Assembly: GCA_041288045.1 (NCBI GenBank)
Contig: JBGGMM010000064.1
Coordinates: 1-47,964, forward strand
Origin: Pseudobdellovibrionaceae bacterium
Lineage (GTDB): Bacteria; Bdellovibrionota; Bdellovibrionia; Bdellovibrionales; Bdellovibrionaceae
DNA: 47,964 nt
Reading direction: 5' to 3'
Part shown: one piece after another, positions 35,768-46,600 of the stretch
Numbering within the stretch: the stretch's first letter is position 1
Layout: every line of letters begins with the position of its first letter
Notes under the pieces: generated by a model
The model's database searches: none
Seen by the model: the letters and a program-made list of their open reading frames with translations, nothing else
Told to the model about the DNA's origin: nothing
Made by a program: the position numbers and the translations under genes

Positions 35768-37387
35768 TTACTTGCTGAGGGCCTTCGTCATCCGCTCGCG
35801 AAATTTGCTGGCCTCTTCAAATTCAGTGAGGGTCAGATCTTGAATCCAGTCACCGGATTTGGAAATGAAGATGAAAGTCGGAAGTCCGATCAGGCCGTAG
35901 CGCTTTTTCAAAGTTTCCAGCTCGGGAGAGTCTTGAGTGGCGTTGAATTTCACCATGACGAATTGGCCCGAGAGAAGCTGCAGTCCCTGATCGGGAAATG
36001 TCTTTTCATTCATCTCAAGACAAGCAGCACACCAATCGGCCCAGAAATCGATGATCACTGGTTTGCCTTCGGCTTTGGCTTGAGCCAAGACATCTTCTGA
36101 GTAAGTCTGCCAGTTGATGGTGTCGACTTTGAAGCCTTTGCCGGAATCTTTGCGGGCGCTGAGGGCACTTGAGATGAAAGACTTTTCAATCGCCTTTGAG
36201 CTCACCAGCAGAATGTCCAAATAGTAAATCGAAGCGCCTAAAAGCAGCACGCCAAAGAAAATTTTGATTCTGTTCATCCAGGCTCCAGACTTGGGGAGAA
36301 GTTTTGTCAAATTGGTGGAAAGGCCCAGGGCCAAGAAAATCAAGCCCATGCCGATGGCATAGGTAAAGAGAAGCCAGAAGCCCAACCACAGATTTTGAGT
36401 TTGAGCGACGAAAGTGAGAACCCCCACCAAGACAGGTCCCACGCAGGGGCTGGCAATGAGCCCGGCGAGAAGGCCAGTGATGAAAGCTCCCAAGTAGCCA
36501 TGCAGTTGCATGTGGGAAAGAACTCCGTCTCTTAAAAACTGCGGAGCTTGCAATTCAAACAAACCGAACATGGAAAGGGACATGACGAAAAAAACCAAGC
36601 AGACAAAGCCCAAAATCCAGGGCGATGACATGAAAGAGCCAAACAGGGCGCCAGTGCTGGCCGCTAGAATTCCTAGCAGCGAGAATGTGAAGGCGATTCC
36701 CAAAACATACATGACGCTGACGAGAAAGCTCTGCCAGCGAGAGCGGGCATGAGCTTCGCGGCCGAGCACTGCCAAAGTGATTGGGACCATCGGATAAACA
36801 CAAGGGGTGAAGCTCGTCAGAAAACCGAAGATAAAAACGAAGAGAAAGGCCCAGATCGCGCCTTTTTTGTAAGCGTCTCTGAACGAGAGTTGAAACAGCC
36901 CGCGATCTTCTTGGACTGCGCCTTTGGCTTTGAAAAAGACGTCGGTAGTGATTGTCTTTGGGAAAAGACAGTAGGCATCAGTGCAAGCTTGATAGGTGAT
37001 TTCGAGCACCATTTTCTGCGACCCCGGAGACGAGATGCCAGAGACTTCGAGAGCGGCTCGCATCTGGGCTTTTTCCAGCATCACATTTTTCTTTTTCTTT
37101 GAGAATTTATCGAAAATTTCCTGCACGGGTTGCAGATTGAATTTGGAAAGTTGAATTCCTTCCGGAGACAGGATCTTGAGCTTGAATTGATCTTCGTAAG
37201 CGCGAAAGCCTTTGGGCAATTGCAGATCGACTTCGACTTGGGCGATTTGGCCGGCTTCGACTTCGAAGGGCACCAAGCGACCTTGGGCTGTCAGTGGGCT
37301 TTCCTTGCTTTGAGTCTGCGCCAGACCAAAGTCTATGAAAAGAAGAAGGAAGCTCAAAGATAAAAGGGTCGCTCGAATGATCGTCAT
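35768..37387 (-). CDS. dsbD: Thiol:disulfide interchange protein DsbD
   Basis: N-domain YQACTDAYCLFP; TM-domain FTPCVYPMVP and ASPCVGP; PKSGAWM; thioredoxin DFWADWCAAC. Confidence 0.93.
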   Translation of the reverse strand: MTIIRATLLSLSFLLLFIDFGLAQTQSKESPLTAQGRLVPFEVEAGQIAQVEVDLQLPKGFRAYEDQFKLKILSPEGIQLSKFNLQPVQEIFDKFSKKKKNVMLEKAQMRAALEVSGISSPGSQKMVLEITYQACTDAYCLFPKTITTDVFFKAKGAVQEDRGLFQLSFRDAYKKGAIWAFLFVFIFGFLTSFTPCVYPMVPITLAVLGREAHARSRWQSFLVSVMYVLGIAFTFSLLGILAASTGALFGSFMSSPWILGFVCLVFFVMSLSMFGLFELQAPQFLRDGVLSHMQLHGYLGAFITGLLAGLIASPCVGPVLVGVLTFVAQTQNLWLGFWLLFTYAIGMGLIFLALGLSTNLTKLLPKSGAWMNRIKIFFGVLLLGASIYYLDILLVSSKAIEKSFISSALSARKDSGKGFKVDTINWQTYSEDVLAQAKAEGKPVIIDFWADWCAACLEMNEKTFPDQGLQLLSGQFVMVKFNATQDSPELETLKKRYGLIGLPTFIFISKSGDWIQDLTLTEFEEASKFRERMTKALSK

Positions 37388-37470
37388 GGTCTCCTTCTCT
37401 TTTAGTCCAGGCGCACAGAGAGCTCAACCAGATTTTCGGCCTGTTTCGCTAGGATCTTGAGCAGAAACGC

Positions 37471-37498
37471 TCAATTCCATTCAGCTTTTCACCGATAG
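37471..37498 (+). promoter_or_regulatory. Sigma-28 (FliA) promoter of motAB
   Basis: TCAA-N16-ACCGATAG, 20 nt upstream of motA. Confidence 0.7.
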
Positions 37499-37518
37499 CA
37501 TGAAACGAGAGGTCAACT

Positions 37519-38385
37519 ATGGGATTTGTCGGACTGATAGTGGTGTTCGGGATGGTGTTCGGGGGATATCTTATCCACGGTGGTAAGATGGGGATTATCA
37601 TCCACTCGGCACCGACAGAATTGATGATCATCTTAGGTGCGGCGCTCGGTGGATATATCATCGCCAATCCGATGAAGACCATCAAAATGGGATTCAAGCT
37701 GGGGATCAAAGCTCTCACAGCGACGGGTCCTGCGAAAAAAGATTACATCGAGCTTTTGCAGATGCTGTTTCAGCTGTTTCAGCTTTTTCGTAAAGATGGC
37801 CCTCAAGCTGTCGAGAAGCACATCGAAAATCCTGACAAGTCCGAAATTTTTTCGGCTTATCCAAGCTTCATGCACAATCATCATGCCGTGCACTTTTTGT
37901 GCGACACGATGAAAATCACGCTGTCTGCGGATCTTTCTCCTTATGACGTGGATGATTTGTTGGATGGGGATATCAAAGCCATTCACTCGGAAGAGCATTT
38001 GGCTCAGCACGCGATCCAAGCGGTGGCCGACGGGGTTCCGGGTCTGGGGATCGTTGCCGCGGTTTTGGGTATCGTGATCACCATGGGTAAATTGAATGAA
38101 GGAACAGAAGCGATCGGTGCTTCGGTTGCGGGCGCCCTTGTCGGTACGATGTTGGGGGTGTTCTTGGCCTACGGTCTGATCGGTCCCAATGCGACGAAAG
38201 TGGCAGCGGATCTAGATGCAGAAGGCCGGTATTTGCACGCGATCAAATGTGCGATGGTGGCTTTGCAAAGGGGAGCTCCTCCTTTGGTGTGTATCGAGTA
38301 CGCTCGACGAAGCATTCAGCCAGAAGAGCGTCCTTCGTTTGATGAAATGGACAAAGCAACGAAAGAAATTAAGAAAGCAGCATAA
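37519..38385 (+). CDS. motA: Flagellar stator protein MotA
   Basis: ELMIILGAALG, RKDGPQAVEKHIENP, PGLGIVAAVLGIVITM, ALVGTMLGVFLAYG, EYARRSI. Confidence 0.95.
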   Translation: MGFVGLIVVFGMVFGGYLIHGGKMGIIIHSAPTELMIILGAALGGYIIANPMKTIKMGFKLGIKALTATGPAKKDYIELLQMLFQLFQLFRKDGPQAVEKHIENPDKSEIFSAYPSFMHNHHAVHFLCDTMKITLSADLSPYDVDDLLDGDIKAIHSEEHLAQHAIQAVADGVPGLGIVAAVLGIVITMGKLNEGTEAIGASVAGALVGTMLGVFLAYGLIGPNATKVAADLDAEGRYLHAIKCAMVALQRGAPPLVCIEYARRSIQPEERPSFDEMDKATKEIKKAA

Positions 38386-38387
38386 AA

Positions 38388-39290
38388 GTGGCAGCAGAAA
38401 AAAAGGGTCAAACAATCGTTATCAAGAAAATCACCATCGTGGCCGGCGGTCACGGGGGATCTTGGAAAGTGGCCCTTGCCGACTTTATGACGGCGCTCAT
38501 GTGTTTCTTCCTCGTGATGTGGCTTTTGGCCCAGTCTGCTGAGACGAAGAAAGCAGTTTCAGATTATTTTTCCACTCCAAGTATCATTGAGTACAATTTT
38601 TCGAATTTCGGGGTTGAGATCACGCTTGAGAAATTGTTCTTGGATCTGGTGAATGAGCCGCTCAAGGCTTTCCAAAGTTTCATGGAGCCAATCGATAAAA
38701 CTCCGAATCTTTTGGATATGGGATCGCAGAAAGTGGTCGCCGCCTATTTGGCCGATCAGATGCAGGATGTGGCCAAAGGTGTGCAAATCAGCCCAGATGG
38801 ATTTGAATTTGTGATTCCTGATTTTGAATTGTTCGAACCAGGATCAGCCATGCCGAATCCGCAGTTTGTAGCTGTGATGGATCGCTTGAAGGCGATCACG
38901 ACGGGGCTGGAAGATTCGAATGTGGTGGTGTCATCGCTTTTATTTAATCAGTCGGTGACTGGCAGCAATCCGGATCGGGCTAAGAAAGTCGCCTCTGAGC
39001 GATTGGATCTGGTACAGAAAAAGATCCAAGCTTCGCTTGAGAGCAACACGACCACAGTCAGTGGAAACACCAAAGTGGAAGACAAAAAAGGATTCGTCGA
39101 AGGTCAAAATCAAAGACCTCCGGGATTTATCAAAATCGAAGTGAAACAGAAAGAACTCAAAGCGAATGGCTCCAAGCCGCGCAAGCTCGACACAGCTTTC
39201 GGCGCTAGCAATGCGGATATGTCAGCTTATGATAATTTCGTGAAGCAAATTTCTGATCAGAAGAAGAAAAAGAAAACAACTCTGAAGTAA
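38388..39290 (+). CDS. motB: Flagellar stator protein MotB (divergent periplasmic domain)
   Basis: HGGSWKVALADFMTALMCFFLVMWL with the conserved Asp; follows motA. Confidence 0.9.
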   Translation: MAAEKKGQTIVIKKITIVAGGHGGSWKVALADFMTALMCFFLVMWLLAQSAETKKAVSDYFSTPSIIEYNFSNFGVEITLEKLFLDLVNEPLKAFQSFMEPIDKTPNLLDMGSQKVVAAYLADQMQDVAKGVQISPDGFEFVIPDFELFEPGSAMPNPQFVAVMDRLKAITTGLEDSNVVVSSLLFNQSVTGSNPDRAKKVASERLDLVQKKIQASLESNTTTVSGNTKVEDKKGFVEGQNQRPPGFIKIEVKQKELKANGSKPRKLDTAFGASNADMSAYDNFVKQISDQKKKKKTTLK

Positions 39291-39623
39291 TTAGCGCTTG
39301 TGTTGGTTCCATCGTCGCTTGAGGTAGGGACCAAGAATTTTCCATTGCAGATATCCAGCGATGAGAAAAACGATGTACACGAGGTAATTGTGGTAAGCGG
39401 GCATTCCCTGTGGCCAGAGGTGGGGCGCCAATGCTTGAACGAGAATTTTTCCTATGATTGACAGTGGAAAGCTGAGGATGGTGATGATCCATCCATAGGG
39501 GAGTTCACCCAGATGACCTTCGGGAGCGAGCTCGAGGTAGGAAAAGCCGAGAGCGGCTAGGCCTGTGAGCCAGTAGATGGTTTTGAAAAATATTTTTCTT
39601 TTCGGGTGGTTCAACATTTTCAT
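39291..39623 (-). CDS. Small three-TM membrane protein, candidate immunity protein
   Basis: Three hydrophobic segments; LSFPLS..AGYLQW pattern; last gene of the RHS module; 4-bp overlap with the upstream gene. Confidence 0.65.
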   Translation of the reverse strand: MKMLNHPKRKIFFKTIYWLTGLAALGFSYLELAPEGHLGELPYGWIITILSFPLSIIGKILVQALAPHLWPQGMPAYHNYLVYIVFLIAGYLQWKILGPYLKRRWNQHKR

Positions 39624-40618
39624 TCCTGCTTAATATAATGAAGCTTCAGTTTTTTGATTTCTTCTCTCAAGTTGCTTTGCAGTGCCGTCTTTTTGTCGTT
39701 TAAAAGGTACTCTTCAGCTTTGTAGATACCTGTCATTGCATAGTTGACCATGAATTTACCCGAAGCCATTTCATCTTCCATGGAAGACATCCGCCAGCTC
39801 AAAGGGATCATGATTTCTCCGTAATACCAGGAAGCCATCAGCCAATTGCAAAAAAGCTGTGGCTCTTTTTTGATCAATTCAACATAGGCTTGCATTTGAA
39901 GGTCATTTCCTCTTGCTTCATCGACAAGAAGAAATTCAAAGTAGCGCCGTTTGTTTTCTCTCAGGCGGATGGACTCTTCAAATTGAGAGGCATGTTGAAG
40001 CTCATGCACCAAAAGGGGAATGAGATAGGGAACACTTTCGCTTTCTCTGTTGGAGAAAATGATTTCCATTCGATACTTGCCTTTTCCTGATGGCATAATC
40101 GAGGTCACAGCGCCATAAATATCGGATGTTTCCGTCGCTCTTGCCGGACGGATTGCGGTCGATGAAATCAAGGGATTGTGCAGGTCAGACAGCCATCGAA
40201 TCTGATTGAGCTCTTTGGGCAAAAGCTCATTCGCAGCCTCGATAAAGGAATCTCGATATCCGGCTGGATCCTTGAGTTTCTGTTCTGTCGTGGCATATTT
40301 TTGAAAAGCTGTTTTGTATTTTGAATTTGGAAGAAACTGCTCGTTGCTTTTTATGACTTCTGCAAAATCCAATTTGGTTTCAATACTTTTGTTTTTTTTA
40401 TAATAGTCTTTCAGGTATTTAGCGATGCTGGAGGATCCTAAATTGGAGTTTCTGATCTTGTCCAAATTCGCTTTTCGATCCCGATAAGCCAAATTGATGA
40501 CTTTGAGCCCTGTTTGCTTCTCGCAAATGCTTTTCACTTCTCCCGCCAAGGTCAGCTCGGAGAAAGTGAAAAGCGGCAATGCGAGAACTAAGAAAATTAA
40601 GAATTGTCTAAATTGCAC
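39620..40618 (-). CDS. Secreted protein with HExxH zinc-metallopeptidase-like motif
   Basis: Signal peptide; LLVHELQH followed about 22 residues later by DEA (possible third ligand); AT-richer 5' half. Confidence 0.7.
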   Translation of the reverse strand: MQFRQFLIFLVLALPLFTFSELTLAGEVKSICEKQTGLKVINLAYRDRKANLDKIRNSNLGSSSIAKYLKDYYKKNKSIETKLDFAEVIKSNEQFLPNSKYKTAFQKYATTEQKLKDPAGYRDSFIEAANELLPKELNQIRWLSDLHNPLISSTAIRPARATETSDIYGAVTSIMPSGKGKYRMEIIFSNRESESVPYLIPLLVHELQHASQFEESIRLRENKRRYFEFLLVDEARGNDLQMQAYVELIKKEPQLFCNWLMASWYYGEIMIPLSWRMSSMEDEMASGKFMVNYAMTGIYKAEEYLLNDKKTALQSNLREEIKKLKLHYIKQE

Positions 40619-40651
40619 TCCAACCAGTTCCTTTAGTAAATTTATAATAAA

Positions 40652-43600
40652 TTATAATCTACCACGAGAACTGTCTTGTGGGTCACAACTACCTCGAATG
40701 CCTCCTGGACGATAGTTAGGATCCGGTCTTCGCCATGACTCTGGTCGCGGCAGTTTGTTGGGATCCAGCGGTGGAATGACGATTGGCGGAGCTGAAGGCT
40801 GGGATCCCCCGCCATCAGGATTCAATGGAATAGGTGGTTGAGGGAGTAGAGGAATGCCTGGAGTTCTCATTCCCGTTGTGCCTGAAGGATCAATCCAATT
40901 CAGGGGGTCATTCAAAATATAGCCGTAGAGGTTGGAATCCCCACCGCCAAACAAGATCGGATCTTTGCTGGTCCAGCGACCAATCTGTGGATCATAATCT
41001 CGAGCTCCAAATCTCACCAAGCTTGTGTCAGAATCATAAATCCCACCGGCAAATCCAAAGGGATGCAGTCCAGGATTTGTGTTCATCACTTGAATCCCAA
41101 ATTCATCGTAATCAGCTTGTTGGATGATCTGTCCGCTGGCGGTATTGACGACCAATCGGATCGATCCCAAGTGATCTTTGATAAATCGATATTTCACACC
41201 AGATGTGATCATATAATCAGGGCTATGGGCTTCAGTCGCATAGACAAAGACTGATTTCAAAGTATCATCTGCATTGAGCTCGGCAGCCAGTGTGCCATTC
41301 GAGTTGTAGATGAATTTTTGAGTCACGACCTCATCCACCTTTTTCACTGATCGGTGCATTTCGCCATCGATGAGATACTCGATGGCTTTTCCGTTTGGCA
41401 GAGTCACTTTTGAAAGCTGACCGAATTCATCGTAGCTGTAGCGAGTGATGTCAGTTCCAGTCTGTTTTTGCGTCAGTGTTCCTTTTGCATCGTACTGGTA
41501 CTGAGTATTTCCGTACTGGACGAGTCGATCTTGCGCATCATAAGTGGCAGCTGTTGCGTTGGCACTGAGCCGGTTGCCGTTGGCATCGTAGGTGTATTGG
41601 CGAGTGAGTGTGCCATTGGTGGAAACCGTGCTCAGTCTTCCGACACTGTCATAGACGTAGCCGTTGGTCTTTGACTGACCCAAAACAGTTTCAGTCTTTT
41701 GGGTGATTCGGCCTAAGCGGTCTCTGACATAGCTTGTGGAAAAAGTTGAAGAGCTGTTTCTTGTCGTGGATGTTTGAATGATTTCTCCGAAGCCATTGAG
41801 AATGTGACTTTCTTGCAGGACTCCCATTTGCGTTCCCGTGATCAGGCCTGTGGAGGCATCTCGGTTGATTGTCAAATCTCCGGCCTGCATGAGAAGTTTC
41901 TCATTGTTGTAGGCGTAGGGAACCATCACTTCTTCATTCACAACCAAAGTTCCGAGTTGACCGCGAGGAGTTGGGATGACGCGGATTCGGCCAGTGACGG
42001 CGTTGGTGTAGAGTCGGTCCGATTGAAAATCGCTTGCCACTGAGATGTCCAGAGCGACTCCATCGCTCGAAATAATTCTTGCGGGAACTGTTCTGGAGCC
42101 TGAGCCATAGATGTAATCAATGCTCTTCGATGGACCTTGGATATTTGTGAGCTGCGATTTTTCTTGATCGTAGTTGTAAGTGATTGAAGTTCCATCGGAT
42201 CGAACTTCTTTCGTCAGCTGTCGATCTAGATTGTAAATGTAGTTGGTCGATCCTGTTGCAGTTGCTGTGGGTGGAGGTGTGTAGACTGCAAATAGGTCAA
42301 TCAGATTTGAAGCCAAAGTGTGCATCAATTTATCAGGGGGCTGCAAGCCTGACAGGTTGCTATTTTCATCGTATTCGTAATTGATCACTTTGTTGTCAGG
42401 TCTTTTTTCTTGGAGCAGGCGATTTGAGCCATCCCATGTGAAAGCCGTTGTCTGGCCTTCGGGATTGGTCACACTCTGGAGCTGTCCCAAGGAATTGTAA
42501 TTGAAAACCACGCTGCGATCCCCTTGCTTGAGGAGCGCCAGCAAACCGCGGCTATTGTAAGTAAATTCTGTCGGGAGCAGATTTCCTTTTTTCAGCCAAA
42601 TCGGTCTTTCTTGATCATCAACGACTGTGATTTCTTTGCGACCCAGCTCACTTTCAGTGGTGAAAGTTTTTTGGCTGGATTGATAAGTCGAAGTCACTGA
42701 GCTTTCGTCGATGACGGTCTTATCAATTTGCACAAAGTTGAAAAAGTCTGTTGAGCTGAGCGGAGTGAACGAAGTCGTTTTTTGCGACAAGTTAACTCCA
42801 AAACCTGAAGACATATTTTTACTGCCGAAAAACTGGCTAATGCCTCCCAAGCGGGGATCAATGTCCTTTCCACCTGAAGCGATCGAATTTCCCATAGAGT
42901 CTGTGTACTGTTCAGAATTGGTCGATGAAAGCAGAGTGTCCACTGTGCCATCAGGAAAGGTGGTGCGATAAACAGTTTGGACAGGGCTTGAATTGTCGAC
43001 CTGATACTCTTTCAGTCGATTCAAAGCCGTCGTTTCATGGACTGTGTACTTCAAAACAGATTCGGTGACTTTTGCCAGAGCTTTGAAACCACCAGCTGCA
43101 TCCGAATCTTTGATCAGCTCACCCAGAGCGTTGTATTCAAACGTCGAGGCATTGCCTTTTGGCTGTTTCAGTTCCTGCAGCAAGCCACCCGAATCATAAG
43201 TCATTCTTGTGGTTTCGCCTGTGGGCAAAGAGATCGCTGCTAAATAGCCGTCGGCATTTGAACTGAGAGCATAGAATTGGCCGAAAGGTCCGGTGATAGA
43301 AAGAGGTCGTCCTTCCTGATCGCGGTTGATGGCTGTAATATTGTTGTTTCCGTCTCGGATTGAAACCAGGCGGCCGACGGAATCATACTGAAATTTCCAT
43401 TTGAGCTTTCCAGTCTTGGCAAACAGAGTTTGCAAGTGTTGGCCCATTGAAGAAAATTGGAAAATTTCTGATCCATCCTGAGAGCCAATGGAATAACCGG
43501 AAGTGTTCAGGTCTGGCAGTGGTTCGTGATAAAGTGCCAGTTGAGACGACAGATAAGGAGTTCCGATAAATGTGCCCCGACTGAAGACTTTCAAGTGATT

Positions 43601-46600
43601 GTAAACAGCAGGTGTGCCAAGTGCGATTGTCGAATTGGCGAAAGACTGATTGCCACTGCCTGGTCCACCGGCAATGATTCGAATTTTTCCATCCGGAGTG
43701 ATTTTGCAAACTCTTGAATTTCCAAAATCACTGACGATCACCGAGCCATCCACATCGACATCAATCGCCGAGGGCATGTTCAATGGCGAGGTTTTAGCGA
43801 CAGCTCCATCTTCGGCGCGTCCAGCATCTGAGGCACCAGCAAAATGATGGATGATTCCATCATTGGTGATGACGCGGATTCGATGAGCGGCCTGATCGAC
43901 CACATAAATCTCGTTATTCATGCCAGCAGCCAAACGAGTCAGGGATCGAAATCCCGCCAAAGTGGAGGGCCCTTCATCGCCGCTGGTTTCAAATTCTCCA
44001 TTTCCAGCGGCAGGTAAAATCGTTCCAGCTGGAGTGATTTTTCGGATTCGTGTATTTCCAGAATCGATAAAATAAACAGTTCCGTCTTTGGCAATTGTGA
44101 TGTCCGCTGGGAAAGCGAGCTTGGCCTCTGTGGCAGGGCCAAAATCACCCTCATACCCAGAAGCTCCAGGACCAGTGGATCCAGCAAAAGTCGAAATGAT
44201 TCCGCTTGGCGATATTCTTCGGATTCGATTCGCAGAGGAATCAGAGAAAAGCAGAGAGCCATCGGCCATGACCGCTAAGCCTTGGATATTTCCAATCTTC
44301 GCATTCACAGCACTTTCACCTTCTTGCGGAAAGCCTTCTTCACCAGTGCCAGCCACTGTTGAGACAATTCCGTCAGGCGCAATTTTCCGGATTCTAAAAT
44401 TATTTGTATCGAGAAAGTAGATGCTATGATCGGGGCCCACGGCCATCGGCCCAATCCCACTGAATTTCGCCTTCAAAGCTTGTTGGCCATCGCCTTCAAA
44501 GCCTGGGGTGCTCCCCGCAATTCGAGTCAGAATCGCCGCCATATTTGAGCCGCGAATCACTGTGTTGTCACCCAGATGCAAGGATTTTGACATTGGGTTG
44601 TATCTGTGGACTTGAGTGAAACTCCAACCGCCCACATCAACAGTGTTGCTCGGATAAGAATTGCCGACAGGAATTGTAGAGACTCTGGTTAATTTCGAGA
44701 CATTTCTGGCGCCCAATACGGCGATGACAGAATCGATAAACCCAGCACCGAAAGATTTTAGATCGACGATGTAATTAAAGGGTCCAATCTGGTAAAAACT
44801 GGAGCTTTCATAATCAATGGTGATTCGGGCCGAGACATTTCCTGAAACTTGACGGCCGAAGGCATCTTTTCCATCCCAAAGCCAAGTTGTCAGAAGATTG
44901 CTTTCAGGAGCGAAATCTTTTTCATAAACTTGACCGGCCACTTCGATTTTCAAATGAATATTTTCAATCGAACTGTTGCTTGGAAATGTTCCTGTATAAA
45001 GGGGGACAGTGATGTTCTTTTCAGAAAGTCGTCCAGGTTTTGTGACAGAGTTGTAATGAAGTTTTGTCGGCAATCCCGGTAAAGAAATTTCTTCACCCAA
45101 ACTGCAATCTGTCAGACCAATAATCGAGCCCGAAGAGCTGCCACCACAACTAGGGGGCGAAGGGGGTCCCGGGGGAACTGCCGGTGGGTCTTCTTGTGGG
45201 ATTCTTGAAAGCACATTCAGATCGTAAGGACTTAAATGCGTCATTCGAGCTCGCCAGAAGCTTTTTCCCGTGCTGTAATTTTCGGCGATTTTCGTGAGTT
45301 CGCCAGCGGTGATTCCCAAGCGGCTCAGTTGCTCTGGGGTTGCTGGCGAGTTATCACTCTCGAAGCTTAAGACGGCTTGATTGTTTTGAATATTGATGAC
45401 CTTGGCAACGATCCCGTCGTTTTCGGCAATCCAAGCGCCGATCTTGTTGCTGTAACTGCCAACTGGAACAGCAGCGCCTGGAGGAAAATTCAGAAAGTTA
45501 TCGACGTAGAATGGGACGGGTTGAGAGAACACCACGTGTTCTGCGCCATTGGCAATTCCTTCGTCGGCACTCAGTTCGACGGCGTAAGTGTAAGCCGTCA
45601 TCGATGGCAATTCGGCTGGCATTCGGCGTGGGCCCGTGGGTCCCACTGTGTACTCAGTTGCTCGCAGTGACAGTGTTGGAACTGATTTCAAGCTTCCATC
45701 TGGCATCTGCAATTTGGTTTCGGTTTGGGGAGGGATCAGCAGGATCGCCGTGCGCTCGCCGGACTGATCGCTGACCAGAGAGCCCTTGGCGATTTGAATT
45801 TGTGGTGAATTGCTTTGGATCTGGGTGACTTTGGTGTCCGGCTTGAGCATCACCACTTTTTCTTGAGAGAAATAATCCAGAGCTGATGTCGAAATTTTTC
45901 TTTGCAGTGGGAAATAGCCGTTTCTTTGATAATTGATTGTCAGTGTGCCGCCGCCGTTGACCACAAGGTGGAATTTTCCGTTTTCGGTGGTCAGGGTTTG
46001 ACCGACTTCAGGATTTTCCAAAAGCGAAATTTCGACGCCAGAGAGTGGATCGCCGTTGGCGTCTTCGACAAAGCCTTGCAACACGGCGACGCGATTGGCA
46101 TCGATGGCGCCTAGTTGGACATTTTTCTGAATGGCATTTTCGCCTTCAAACAAAAATCGAACTGTATCGATCATGGGTTGGAGGCCTGAGCTGGCCAGAG
46201 GCGGAGCTTGAGTGTCAGGTGGTGGCGGCAATTCGGGAGCGACGGCTGTGATTTGGGTTGAAGCTGTGGATTCAAGACCAGAACTGTCGGTGACTTTCAC
46301 GACCACAGTGAAACTGCCGGCGGATTCAAAGCTGTGCGCAATCACTCCGGTGGCGCTGTCAGCTTCGCTGCCATCACCAAATTCGAAATGAAAGGACAGA
46401 GCTTTGCCTTGAGGTGAGGTGGACTTCGAAGCGTCGAAGAGCACCATCAGTGGTGCGACTTTCGATGTCGGGGAGGTTGTTTCTAATCGGGCGATGGGTG
46501 GAAGGTTGGCGTTGATCGTGATGGTTAGACCATTCACGGTCTGATTTCCAGCCAAATCTTTCGCAGACAAGGTGATGACTTTAGTTCCAGTGCTAGTCGC

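Noticed and set aside
39291..40651. Orphan RHS tip cassettes or a transposase flanking the RHS gene
   Set aside because: I found no second RHS core (DPxG) fragment, integrase or terminal repeats in this interval.
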